A stretch of 64,000 nucleotides of DNA from Candidatus Asgardarchaeum abyssi (lineage in GTDB: Archaea > Asgardarchaeota > Asgardarchaeia > Asgardarchaeales > Asgardarchaeaceae), in the NCBI GenBank assembly GCA_040225955.1, contig JBECUL010000003.1, forward strand, positions 1 through 64,000, written 5' to 3'. The translations under genes were made by a program, and so were the position numbers. The notes below the pieces were generated by a model, which did no database searches, was not told the DNA's origin, and worked only from the letters and a program-made list of their open reading frames with translations. Shown here one piece after another: positions 38,973 to 48,968 of this stretch. The first letter of the stretch is position 1. The number at the start of each line of letters is the position of its first letter.

Positions 38973-41900
38973 ATGGTATTTGTATTGCTCCTATCACTTT
39001 CTTTTGCCATTTACAATGTTTCAGAAGAACACCAAATTTCATTAAATGAGGAACATAATAATACTTTCGTAAAATATCCCGAAACTATTGGCTTCACACA
39101 AACATCGTCACAATGGTGGAACACATCCTATCTCTATAGGATCCCCATTACTATTTCAGGAAGCAATGGGATTGAAAGAAAAAACGAGCCTATAAGTGTG
39201 CATATAACATTTCCACTAAGTCATGCAAGAATTAACAGTATTCGTATTATAAACCCCAACCTAAAGCAGGTTCCATATCAGATAACCCAACAAGTTCTAG
39301 ATGGGGACTACTATACAGAAGTAACCTTAGTATTTCCCGTTAATATTACAAGTGACAGCACTACCTATTATATTTATTACACATCACAGCAAGTTGAACC
39401 ACCTTCCTTTTCTGACCAATTACAAGTTTCTTTTGATGGTACATCCCTACTAATTGATAATAGGCTATACTCAGCTGGTATTAGTGTTGGCACTGGGTTT
39501 GATAATTTGATTATCAACAATCATAACTTCGCTGAGGTTAACAATTTTGCTCCAATTGCTCAAAATGGTTATTCATTTATAGCCGAATATGTTTCTATAA
39601 AGAGTAGCGATGAAATACACATTATATCTTGGTATGATAATACGTTTTTCAGAGTTGTTGATCCAACAGATGGTACAATAATCATACAAGGAATATTGAA
39701 TGAAGGAGAGCAATATGTATATTCTTCCCCAGCCGATGCTCTGTTAAAGATAGAGTCAAACAATACAATTACATTCCAAATATATAAATACCCACCAGAT
39801 AGGCTTCCGACCGATCTATCAAATGATGACACTTGGTGCTATACTGGTGCTATGTTATATGCTTGGGTGAGATACCATCTATATATAGCTACCTTTGACA
39901 AATCTGCAAAAATAGAAATATGGGATTTGCAAAACGATGATAGCGTGGACGACACTGATAATTTCTACGGATCCAATGCAATATTATTATCACCTGGTGA
40001 GGTTTGGAGCTATACCTCCTTTGATGGAGACGTAATCCGTATAAAGTCAAATACAACAATTTATGTGCTAGGTGATTCAGTTGAAGCATCAACTGGTAGG
40101 CCAGATGGGCCAGAAACATTTTCAACTGCTTATGGAATTAATCAAACATACTATACTGTTTTTGGAGCCCCTCTTGACGGAGGAGGAGGCTATATTGGTA
40201 TCATGGCCCTTCAGGATAATACCTATGTAGAAGTTGTGGATAAAGCAGCAGCAACAAGCATCTCTAATGTTCTTAATTCTTTGGAAGTTGTGGTTCACAA
40301 TGTAGCCGATGGTTGGTTTGACATAAAATCCGATAAACCAATCGTAGTTTATACCAGTATGCATCAAGAAGCTGGGAAAAATCCTAATATCTACGGCCTT
40401 GAAATACTTGGTAATAGTAAAGACTATTATATCATAAATCCAAATGATCCAAATAGCGGCACCACATATAAGTTAAGAATAACTTATACGGCACTTGATG
40501 ACAATACTGCCGTATATATTTTGCAGCAAGACAACTTAAATCCCTCTCCAGATATATTACTAAAATATCAAAGTAATACCTTTGATGTATCTCCTGGCCA
40601 AGGTGTAGTTATTTATTCAAATAAACCACTTGCTGTTAGACTGTCTTTTGTGGATGCCGATGGTCTCCCCCTTGCTGGCCTTCAAGGTGAATCCCTTTTA
40701 GTTATGGAACGAAGGCCCTCAATTACAAAAATCCAGGAGATTGAAAAAGGGGCCGTTTTTGCAAAGTATAAATTGTATTGGAATTCTACCGATAACATGT
40801 TAAATGCGACAGATATTGTGACCTTTTACTATAAGTATCCCCTTATAAAATTTAATAGAACTATCTGGTGGGGAACATCTAATACAAGATATTCATTTGA
40901 GCCCATGATTTTTCACTATGACACAATTCAACAGTCATCAATGTATTTAAGTGATGTGATAGCTGATAGTAGTTTATATTCCTTAATGGATTTTGCTAGA
41001 GCTACAGCCTATGTAAGCGGATGGAGCTCATCAGACTACACTGGGATAGGCCTTATTATTGAGAGTGTTAATTCAATAGGTGCTGAAGGCCTTCCAGCTT
41101 TTGCATATTATGAATTGCCTTGTGGATTATCTATCACCAGCGGAAGATTTGATATATCACTTAATGTTTATGAACTTAGTACCTTTTCAGGATCAGCGTA
41201 CTCAATTAAGATAAATGGAGCCATAATTGCTGGTAATAATTTTGCCTTAATATCTGAGATTGATTCACTATATCAATCAGTATTGTATCCCTTGCTAGGA
41301 ACTCTTGGCGATGAAGAAATGCTAATGAATTTACTTGTATCTATCTTTGATCTCGATGGAAATCCAGTTGTTAACGCTAATACAACATTGTATTCCTCTG
41401 CTGGTGTAAAGCTTTTCAGTGAGTATACCAATTCAACTGGTGAAGTCTTCTTTGATAAAATACCTGAGTTGGGAAACTATACACTAAACGTGTTTTATTC
41501 TACTAAATATAATTTAGATGTAGAGGCAGTAGAGGTAGTTTCATTTACTGCTAGTGATATTGGTACTGTTAAAAAAGTAAATGTTACTCTAGCATTAGCA
41601 AATTTCACGATAAAAGTTGTTGATCTTTTAGGTGATGCTATTTCTGGTGATGCAAGAGTAAGGTTAAAGAATGCTTCTAATTCGGCGCAGATAATTGCTG
41701 AATCTGTAACGAATTCAAGTGGTTTTGCTTATTTTGACTATCTGCCCGGAACTAATTACATAATAGAATCTCACTATATACCCGGAGCTACTGTATCAAT
41801 AGACGCATACAACTTTACTCATCATACCTCATTTAATTTAAATTTAACAAAAGTTATCACAGTAGTAGAATTGTTAAATACAATTTCTGTGAGAGTCCTG

Positions 41901-44900
41901 AATTATGATGGAAACCCTGTAACAGATGCCTTTGTTATTAGGACGAACCTTGATGTCTCTCAGGATACATATCAAACATCAGCAACTACAAATGCCACTG
42001 GCTGGGTCACTTTTGAAAGAATACGTGTAGGTAATACAAGATTTTTTGTAAGTTACGCAAATGATTATGATCAAGATATAATAAATGCAACAATAACTTA
42101 CCTTTATGACAATACGAGTGCGGCTGTTGATGTTATCCTTCCCATGGCGTCTCTCATTGTAAGGGCTTATGATGTTTCACATTCAAATTATATTCAAGGC
42201 GCACTTATGTACGTTAATAACACAGATGGGTCCTCGGTAACTTATTCGTCAACAAATCAATCTGGTTATGTTGTATTCGAAAATATTGCATGCGGCATTA
42301 AGTATAATGTTAGTGTTGTAAAGAATAATAATTGGAATTGGACATTATTAACCCTAAATGATACAACCTTCATTCAGCTTAATATATCAATATCTTGGAC
42401 TCCCACGGATACTATATTAATGCTGTATAATTCAACAATTATAGATGCCGTCTGGGATGACAATGTAACTATTGTAGTAGGCTTTATTAATCGAACAGAT
42501 TTCCAAACAGGGTTAATAGACATACCCCTACAAGAAAATGAAGTTGATTCGCTAACGTATAAAATTATACTTGGAGATACAGTTATTGCCACAGGTAATT
42601 TTACGTATGATACAACAACTGGAAATTGGACAGCAAAACTCGATATTGGTCAATTAAAATTAAATGCTAGTAATTCCTTCTTAATAGTAATAGAAGGAGA
42701 TGCTCGTGCAAATTCAACTACGCTTGTGCAGTTTAATGACCCTACTCCAACAACCTTGAAACTTATAGTAGATTTTGCAGATACTACTGCCCTGTATACA
42801 TATAACGATATTTATGTTGAATGGGGATTTAACGTATCTCTTAGTTTTACCTTTGTTGATGGGCATGGTATCTACTTGAAATCAGCAATAACTCGAGCAT
42901 CCGTCTTACAAGATACTGAGACGTATCATCTATATGGTTCCCTTATAAATCTTGGCAATGGAACTTATGCATTTCAAGGAAACACTGGTGATGTTAATGG
43001 CTTGAATCTACCAGTAGGTAATTATACATTAGTTATTTTTATGGGTGAATTTAATTACAATAACCAGACCATATATCTTCCATTACATGTAACTTCAAGG
43101 CAGACATCAATTGATTCATCAATATCAAGCATATCTGTTAATTGGAGTAATCCATTTACATTTTATGTGAACTATTCTTCTTATGGCGTATCTTTGAATG
43201 ATGCAAATGTCTGGTTGCAATGGGATACGGGGTTAAAGCTCAATTACTCATCATATTCAAATGGTTTATACACCTTTGTTGCGAATACATCTTCTATTGA
43301 TGTTGGAGTACACACATTAACAGTTTATGCAAGCCTATCGAACTATACTGAAAAATCAATATTGATTACAGTTGAGGTACTTCCTTTACCGACTGAAATA
43401 GACCCTATCTCTCAAATTCAATTCTCCATAAATTGGTCAGTGCCAGTCACAGTAGTCGTAGAGTATAGAGACCTAAATCATTCTGCCAAGATCCCTGATG
43501 CAACAGTTTCAATGACAAACTGGAATAGCTCCGCTTTTTCATATGAATATTCTGATGGAAAATATTATATTACGTTCCTTAGCCAGTATGTACCACCAGG
43601 AAATTATAGTATTACTATAAAGATTTCAAAGCCAAACTATCAACAGGCACAACTACTTGTAAAAATTAATGTCCTTATTCCCCTAAAAATACAACTTTTG
43701 ACAGAACAGATTGAGTTCGTCTATTGGCTTGAAAAATTTTCCATAAACGCTACAGTCATCAACCAATATAACGGAAGCGTTGTAGAAAATATAACACTAG
43801 TCTACTCTCAAGAAAACTTAGGGATTGACAATTTAGAAATACCATACGATCTCGATTTGGGGCATTTCTATATAGTGGTTAACACGACAATGTTTGATTC
43901 TGAAGGAACATATTTATTTAGATTGAATATAATGAATAGCGGTGTAATTGTCGCTCCAGTAGATGTATTTATTGTAATACAAAAGAGACCAATCAATATG
44001 GTCTACCCTACCCCATTAGTAATACCTGCCTACTATGCTGATATTATTAATCTGACAATATCTTTGAGAGACGCATACAACGAATTTCCAGTAACATCTC
44101 CAGATTCTGTTGTTGCTAGTTTAAGCGTAGGAGAGATGTTTATTTGCAATAATATATCAACAATATACGAAGTATCTCCTGGCGATTATAGATTCACTAT
44201 AAATACAGATGGTCTGAACTTAATGGCAGGTCAGACATATATTTTGACTATCTCATTCCAAAAAGTAGGATTTCAAATAGATACCATAATAACATACACT
44301 ATATTTATCCAAGAAACTCCTGCTAGCGTAGATGTTTATGTTGAAAGCATTGTGTATTGGGGCGAAAATGTAACATTTGTTGCATCCTACCAAGATACAG
44401 TACATAATACTTCAATTAATGCTAGTAATGTAACTTTAAATATCGCGGGTAATGTATATTCAATGATGCCTTCAGAAAATGTGTTTGTCCTAACATTAAA
44501 TACCTCACAATTTACAACCGGTACCTACTTAGTCAAGGTATCTGCTGTTGCTAATAATTATGAATTAGCTGACCATTCCTTCCAGCTCCAAATACTCAAT
44601 AGAACAACACAAATCCGAGTTGAATTTTACCCAGAAGAAAGAATAATAATTCAAGGTTCTGTCGAAAAAATGAAAATATTCGTAGAGTATATTGATTCGT
44701 TCAGCAATAGACCCATTCATAACGCAACTGTTACTTTTTCAACTGGCGGTAGCATTATGTACACACTACAAGAATACCCAAATGGAACTTATATTCTAAT
44801 TTTAGATATGACAAATTTCACAACAGTGGGAAATTATACATTCATTATCTCGGCCAAAAAGGCGAACTATGAGTTTAAGAGTCAGCTGTTTCAGATAACT

Positions 44901-45200
44901 ATAGAGGAGCCATATATCGCAATTGGTGGTGTAAAAATACCTGTTCGGTCGGTTGTTAATATTGGTGGTAGTGTATCGGTAGCAGTAGCACTTATGGGTG
45001 TTGCATTGTACGGATACAGAAATTACAAAATCCCTTGGATAATCCGTATTACCGATAAAGCCATAAGAGCTCTCATTAAAGGAAAACCGGTTGACTTCTC
45101 TAAGTTCCCAGACTTCAGTGACTTATTAGAAGATGCAATAGCTCCTATGTTCGCTAGCATAAAGATACAATGCCCTCCGAAACAGTTAAATATTTTATGA
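38973..45200 (+). CDS. Giant cell-surface glycoprotein (DUF2341-like N-terminus, IgGFc-binding-like and Ig-like repeats, C-terminal TM anchor); last 9 codons supplied by an inserted element
   Basis: Signal peptide, WWNTSYLYRIPITI, KSDKPIVV/YSNKPLAV, many N-x-S/T sequons, TM followed by YKIPWIIRITDKAIRALIKGK. Confidence 0.85.
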   Translation: MVFVLLLSLSFAIYNVSEEHQISLNEEHNNTFVKYPETIGFTQTSSQWWNTSYLYRIPITISGSNGIERKNEPISVHITFPLSHARINSIRIINPNLKQVPYQITQQVLDGDYYTEVTLVFPVNITSDSTTYYIYYTSQQVEPPSFSDQLQVSFDGTSLLIDNRLYSAGISVGTGFDNLIINNHNFAEVNNFAPIAQNGYSFIAEYVSIKSSDEIHIISWYDNTFFRVVDPTDGTIIIQGILNEGEQYVYSSPADALLKIESNNTITFQIYKYPPDRLPTDLSNDDTWCYTGAMLYAWVRYHLYIATFDKSAKIEIWDLQNDDSVDDTDNFYGSNAILLSPGEVWSYTSFDGDVIRIKSNTTIYVLGDSVEASTGRPDGPETFSTAYGINQTYYTVFGAPLDGGGGYIGIMALQDNTYVEVVDKAAATSISNVLNSLEVVVHNVADGWFDIKSDKPIVVYTSMHQEAGKNPNIYGLEILGNSKDYYIINPNDPNSGTTYKLRITYTALDDNTAVYILQQDNLNPSPDILLKYQSNTFDVSPGQGVVIYSNKPLAVRLSFVDADGLPLAGLQGESLLVMERRPSITKIQEIEKGAVFAKYKLYWNSTDNMLNATDIVTFYYKYPLIKFNRTIWWGTSNTRYSFEPMIFHYDTIQQSSMYLSDVIADSSLYSLMDFARATAYVSGWSSSDYTGIGLIIESVNSIGAEGLPAFAYYELPCGLSITSGRFDISLNVYELSTFSGSAYSIKINGAIIAGNNFALISEIDSLYQSVLYPLLGTLGDEEMLMNLLVSIFDLDGNPVVNANTTLYSSAGVKLFSEYTNSTGEVFFDKIPELGNYTLNVFYSTKYNLDVEAVEVVSFTASDIGTVKKVNVTLALANFTIKVVDLLGDAISGDARVRLKNASNSAQIIAESVTNSSGFAYFDYLPGTNYIIESHYIPGATVSIDAYNFTHHTSFNLNLTKVITVVELLNTISVRVLNYDGNPVTDAFVIRTNLDVSQDTYQTSATTNATGWVTFERIRVGNTRFFVSYANDYDQDIINATITYLYDNTSAAVDVILPMASLIVRAYDVSHSNYIQGALMYVNNTDGSSVTYSSTNQSGYVVFENIACGIKYNVSVVKNNNWNWTLLTLNDTTFIQLNISISWTPTDTILMLYNSTIIDAVWDDNVTIVVGFINRTDFQTGLIDIPLQENEVDSLTYKIILGDTVIATGNFTYDTTTGNWTAKLDIGQLKLNASNSFLIVIEGDARANSTTLVQFNDPTPTTLKLIVDFADTTALYTYNDIYVEWGFNVSLSFTFVDGHGIYLKSAITRASVLQDTETYHLYGSLINLGNGTYAFQGNTGDVNGLNLPVGNYTLVIFMGEFNYNNQTIYLPLHVTSRQTSIDSSISSISVNWSNPFTFYVNYSSYGVSLNDANVWLQWDTGLKLNYSSYSNGLYTFVANTSSIDVGVHTLTVYASLSNYTEKSILITVEVLPLPTEIDPISQIQFSINWSVPVTVVVEYRDLNHSAKIPDATVSMTNWNSSAFSYEYSDGKYYITFLSQYVPPGNYSITIKISKPNYQQAQLLVKINVLIPLKIQLLTEQIEFVYWLEKFSINATVINQYNGSVVENITLVYSQENLGIDNLEIPYDLDLGHFYIVVNTTMFDSEGTYLFRLNIMNSGVIVAPVDVFIVIQKRPINMVYPTPLVIPAYYADIINLTISLRDAYNEFPVTSPDSVVASLSVGEMFICNNISTIYEVSPGDYRFTINTDGLNLMAGQTYILTISFQKVGFQIDTIITYTIFIQETPASVDVYVESIVYWGENVTFVASYQDTVHNTSINASNVTLNIAGNVYSMMPSENVFVLTLNTSQFTTGTYLVKVSAVANNYELADHSFQLQILNRTTQIRVEFYPEERIIIQGSVEKMKIFVEYIDSFSNRPIHNATVTFSTGGSIMYTLQEYPNGTYILILDMTNFTTVGNYTFIISAKKANYEFKSQLFQITIEEPYIAIGGVKIPVRSVVNIGGSVSVAVALMGVALYGYRNYKIPWIIRITDKAIRALIKGKPVDFSKFPDFSDLLEDAIAPMFASIKIQCPPKQLNIL

Positions 45201-45409
45201 GCATTTATGAGTACTGAGGCAGTGTCCGAATGTGGCGGGAGTAAAGCACCGAAAGGACACCGCAATGTGAAAGGACGCTGTGATGTGGGGCTTGTGGGGT
45301 TACCCTGAACGGGTCAAGACCAATGACTTGCCCCCCATGAACCCAGAGGGGGCTGAGGCTGATGAGGCCCAAGGTGGATGTTTGCTCATCAATGCGGACA
45401 TCCACCGAA
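45171..45409 (+). mobile_element. Non-autonomous 239-bp tnpB-derived element, copy 2, inserted in the 3' end of the surface-protein gene
   Basis: Repeat of 12949-13187; removing it restores the in-frame tail PPVRVAE-stop (45410-45433). Confidence 0.78.
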
Positions 45410-45412
45410 CCC
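45277..45412 (+). ncRNA. Putative TnpB omegaRNA-like structured RNA, copy 2
   Basis: Hairpins GCCCCC/GGGGGC (45330-45353) and perfect GGTGGATGT/ACATCCACC (45373-45406); 5' boundary approximate. Confidence 0.55.
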
Positions 45413-45687
45413 CCTGTAAGGGTTGCAGAGTAATTTCTCTCTTCTTTTTATTCTTCTTCGGTTTAACATAGTATCACATCTATGAGTGTATTTAAGAGAT
45501 TTTAGTGTATATGATGCTCATTATTCTATAAAACAAGATAAAAAATAATCCCAAAAGCTAGAGTTCTAACTAAATTATTAAATAGAGTGGTCTAGGCTTA
45601 AATAAGTTTGAATATTAAGGTAACTCTTCCATTAAGAGAGAAAAATATATAGCAAACTTTAAACCTTTTAGAAAAACTTAAGATTAA

Positions 45688-46506
45688 TTGATGCAACTAG
45701 CTGGGATGAGTATGAAATTCGAAGTTTTTGGAATACATACCCCATTAATTACTGAAAATGATAACCTTGTGGATGTTCTTTTGACTTCCTTACAAGATAT
45801 GGGACTGACAATAGAAGATAATGATATCGTTGTTGTTGCTTCTTCCGTTGTTTCGCTTGTTGAAAAGCGAAAGGTGAAGGTATCTGAAATAAAACCATCC
45901 CAAGAGGCAATTGAACTTGGCGAAAAATACAAAATAGACCCAAAATTTATGCAACTTATAATCGATGAGTCCAGCGAAATAATAGGTAAGCCAAAGGGAT
46001 TAAAGGGATTTCTACTAACAATTAGGAAAGGGATACCATGCGTAAATGCGTGCATTGATATGTCAAATGTACCTCAAGGCTACTATCTATTACCCCCTAA
46101 GGACCCAATGATATCAGCGAAGAGAATTAGAGAGGAAATAAAAAAGCGAACTGGGAAAAAAGTAGCTGTGATAATCGCAGATAGTGGAATTCTCCCAAGC
46201 AAAAAAGGAACTGTTGGTGTGGCCTTAGGTTTTTCTGGGATTAAACCTGTTAGAAATTATGTAGGTAAAAAGGATCTTTACGGACGAGTATTAAAAGTTT
46301 CAAGGCAATCCATGGTGGATTTGTTAGCATCTGTGGCCGAAATTGTAATGGGCGAGGCCGATGAGAGAATACCATTTGCCTTAATTCGTGGAGTACCTGC
46401 AGAATTTACTGATGAGGATATATCCCTTGAAGAGAGTATCATGCCACCAAATGAATGCATGTTCATGAGTATCATGCTATCCAAGGTCAAAGAGGAAGAG
46501 CAGTAG
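45688..46506 (+). CDS. cofE: Coenzyme F420:gamma-glutamyl ligase family protein
   Basis: NACIDMSNV, VIIADS, GVALG, KDLYGRVL, MGEADERIP. Confidence 0.88.
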   Translation: MMQLAGMSMKFEVFGIHTPLITENDNLVDVLLTSLQDMGLTIEDNDIVVVASSVVSLVEKRKVKVSEIKPSQEAIELGEKYKIDPKFMQLIIDESSEIIGKPKGLKGFLLTIRKGIPCVNACIDMSNVPQGYYLLPPKDPMISAKRIREEIKKRTGKKVAVIIADSGILPSKKGTVGVALGFSGIKPVRNYVGKKDLYGRVLKVSRQSMVDLLASVAEIVMGEADERIPFALIRGVPAEFTDEDISLEESIMPPNECMFMSIMLSKVKEEEQ

Positions 46507-46520
46507 CCTCGCTGCAATTG

Positions 46521-47261
46521 TTAAAGTTTTTGTCTTAGCATCTTCTTAAGTATCGGTATTTGCTCTATTTTTTCATGCGGCATCTCATCCCAATAAATTC
46601 CTTTCGGCTTTGGATATATTCTTTTCACTTCTAAAACTTTAGTTGGCGTGACAATAATATCTATGGGCACATCGTGTTGAGTCATTGGTATATTATTATG
46701 AAACTGTACATCATGAACCGTTGTCACAACGGGTGTGTCTTCAGAAATCCAACCAAATTCCCGTAATATGCCAAATTCAATATCTGAATAACCCCCTCCC
46801 TTACCAACACGACTCCCATCATTCCAAACAGCTACACTCCCAACTATTTTTAAATCTATATGATATCTTGAAATGTCTTCAGTTAACCTCCCCAATTTGA
46901 ATGCGCCCTTTATGGTGCTCGCAAATTTAAGTAGCTTTCTTGGTATATTTGCAGGGTTAAGCACCAAAAATCCTTGCCGTAACCTTGGAGTGGCCATTAT
47001 TACAACTTTATCATGCTCTAAAGCAATCCTGCGAATATGCTGCTGAGGAGAATCTGGATTAGCGAAAATAACATTCGCTTTCTTAAATATGCTAAGCTCT
47101 GAAAGCTTTTTTGCGGCAATATCACTTCCAATAAAGTTTGGTATCCTCCCAAAAACAGGACGTGGAAATAACGCAATATTTCTCTCTTCCAAAATTCTCC
47201 AAATCTTCTCACGTATCTCCTGCTTTCTTTTATTTATCTCTTCTTGCTGTGAAGTATTAAT
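46521..47261 (-). CDS. 5-formyltetrahydrofolate cyclo-ligase family (MTHFSD-like); probable ATT start
   Basis: GRIPNF, NPDSPQ, GSRVGKGGGYSDIE, HDVPID; the conserved KQEIREKIWRIL helix lies upstream of the tracked TTG (47192). Confidence 0.88.
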   Translation of the reverse strand: MNTSQQEEINKRKQEIREKIWRILEERNIALFPRPVFGRIPNFIGSDIAAKKLSELSIFKKANVIFANPDSPQQHIRRIALEHDKVVIMATPRLRQGFLVLNPANIPRKLLKFASTIKGAFKLGRLTEDISRYHIDLKIVGSVAVWNDGSRVGKGGGYSDIEFGILREFGWISEDTPVVTTVHDVQFHNNIPMTQHDVPIDIIVTPTKVLEVKRIYPKPKGIYWDEMPHEKIEQIPILKKMLRQKL

Positions 47262-47285
47262 AGTAAGCCCTCCTTGACATACTTA

Positions 47286-48968
47286 TTATTTAGCTCTAAT
47301 ACTATTTTTAAAGTTCATTCTAAAGTATTTTCTAGTCATTTCTTTTGAAATTTTTTCGTTTTCTAAGTCTTCTATAACAAGCTTATATTCTCTTTCGATA
47401 GGATTGCCATACCCTCCTCCTCCGGGTGTTCGGATAATAATTATATCTCCTTGTTGTAGCCAGATTGTTTCTTTACTTCTTAATGTTATCTTTTCGCCAT
47501 TGTTCTTAATGACAAAGTATTCTCCACCAGCTCCAGGGAGACCACCTTTTAACCCCCATGGTCTAAATTTATGTCTCTCCCCGAGAACACTTAATTTTGC
47601 TGCTGTGAGTAATTTATAAACCCTTTCTATTCCGAGTCCCCCTCTCCACTTTCCTAAACCTCCGCTATCCTTCCGTAGTTCATATTTTAAAATTAGAAGT
47701 GGGAAACGCTTTTCGATTTCCTCTATTGGCGTATTCATAGTGTTTGTCATATGAGAGTGTATTCCATCAATTCCATCTAATCCCGGTCTAGCACCATAGC
47801 CTCCTCCAATGGTCTCATAAAATGTAAAGGGCTTATTATTCCGTGGGTTAATTCCACCAATTAATATGTTATTCATTGTTCCTTGACATGCAGCAGGAAT
47901 TCTATCTGGAATTATTTGAGAGAAGGCTTTAAGTAGAACATCAACTATTCTTTGTGATGTTTCAACATTACCACCCGAAACAGCACATGGGGGTTTAGCA
48001 TCTATCACTGTACCTTTCTCTGTTTTCACCGTTAATGGTCTATAAGCTCCATGATTTGCAGGTATTGTTGGGTCTGTTACCGCTCTTAGCACGTAATAGG
48101 ATGCCGATAGAGTAACTGAATAGGGCGCATTTACTGGTCCTCTTACCTGCTTATCAGTTCCAGTGAAATCAAAAATCAATTCATTTTCTCTTATGATAAC
48201 AGAAACTCTTATTCTTATAGGGTTGTCATCAACACCAGAATCGTCCAGATAATCTTCCGCATCAACCTTTACCTTTGGGAACTTTTGTATCTCTTTTATC
48301 ATTCGTCTCTCTGAATAATCAAGGATGGCCTCCACACATTCTTGAAAGGTAGTAAGACCGTATTTTTCAATTAGTTTGAGGACTTGTTTTCTCCCAATAT
48401 TGTTTGCTGCGATTTGAGCCATTAAGTCTCCTTTTCTAATCTCTGGCGTTCTGGTATTTTTTAGGATAATCTCCAGAACATCTTTATTAATAATTCCTTT
48501 ATCCATAAGTTTTACAGGCGGAATTACTAAACCTTCTTCAAATATTTCCTCAGCATCGCCCGGCATTGAGCCAGGAGTCTTTCCTCCTATATCACTATGA
48601 TGTGCTCTATTTACAACAAATCCAACCAGCTTCTCATTATAAAAGATAGGAGCTATTAGAGTGAGATCTGGTAAATGAGTTCCTCCTCTAAATGGGTCAT
48701 TTAACACAAACATGTCACCAGGGTATATTTCCTCGAAATCTTTCATGACTTGTTCTACAGCTATTGGCATTGCACCGAGGTGAACTGGAATATGCTCTGC
48801 TTGGACTAACATGCGAGCTTGTGAATCGAAAATTGCACAACTGTGATCCATTCGCTCTTTAATATTTGCACTATATGCAGAATTTCTTAAGATTATTCCC
48901 ATTTCTTCAGTTGTATATTCTAATGCACCTCTTATTACCTCAACAGTGATAACATTAACCAATATCAT
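47286..48968 (-). CDS. hyuB: Hydantoinase B / 5-oxoprolinase beta subunit
   Basis: HIPVHLG, NDPFRGGTHLPD, HHSDIGG, NTPIEEIE, TPGGGGYG. Confidence 0.92.
   Translation of the reverse strand: MILVNVITVEVIRGALEYTTEEMGIILRNSAYSANIKERMDHSCAIFDSQARMLVQAEHIPVHLGAMPIAVEQVMKDFEEIYPGDMFVLNDPFRGGTHLPDLTLIAPIFYNEKLVGFVVNRAHHSDIGGKTPGSMPGDAEEIFEEGLVIPPVKLMDKGIINKDVLEIILKNTRTPEIRKGDLMAQIAANNIGRKQVLKLIEKYGLTTFQECVEAILDYSERRMIKEIQKFPKVKVDAEDYLDDSGVDDNPIRIRVSVIIRENELIFDFTGTDKQVRGPVNAPYSVTLSASYYVLRAVTDPTIPANHGAYRPLTVKTEKGTVIDAKPPCAVSGGNVETSQRIVDVLLKAFSQIIPDRIPAACQGTMNNILIGGINPRNNKPFTFYETIGGGYGARPGLDGIDGIHSHMTNTMNTPIEEIEKRFPLLILKYELRKDSGGLGKWRGGLGIERVYKLLTAAKLSVLGERHKFRPWGLKGGLPGAGGEYFVIKNNGEKITLRSKETIWLQQGDIIIIRTPGGGGYGNPIEREYKLVIEDLENEKISKEMTRKYFRMNFKNSIRAK

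Noticed and set aside
12949-45409. Repeat as a CRISPR array, tRNA, SRP or RNase P RNA
   Set aside because: Only two dispersed 239-bp copies; no repeat-spacer periodicity, cloverleaf or recognisable signatures; one copy interrupts a gene
45171-45409. Repeat as an IS110 bridge-RNA element
   Set aside because: The internal segment resembling the target (TGCCCCCC/TGCTCCCT) is base-paired and does not track the flanks consistently; the TnpB-like remnant fits better
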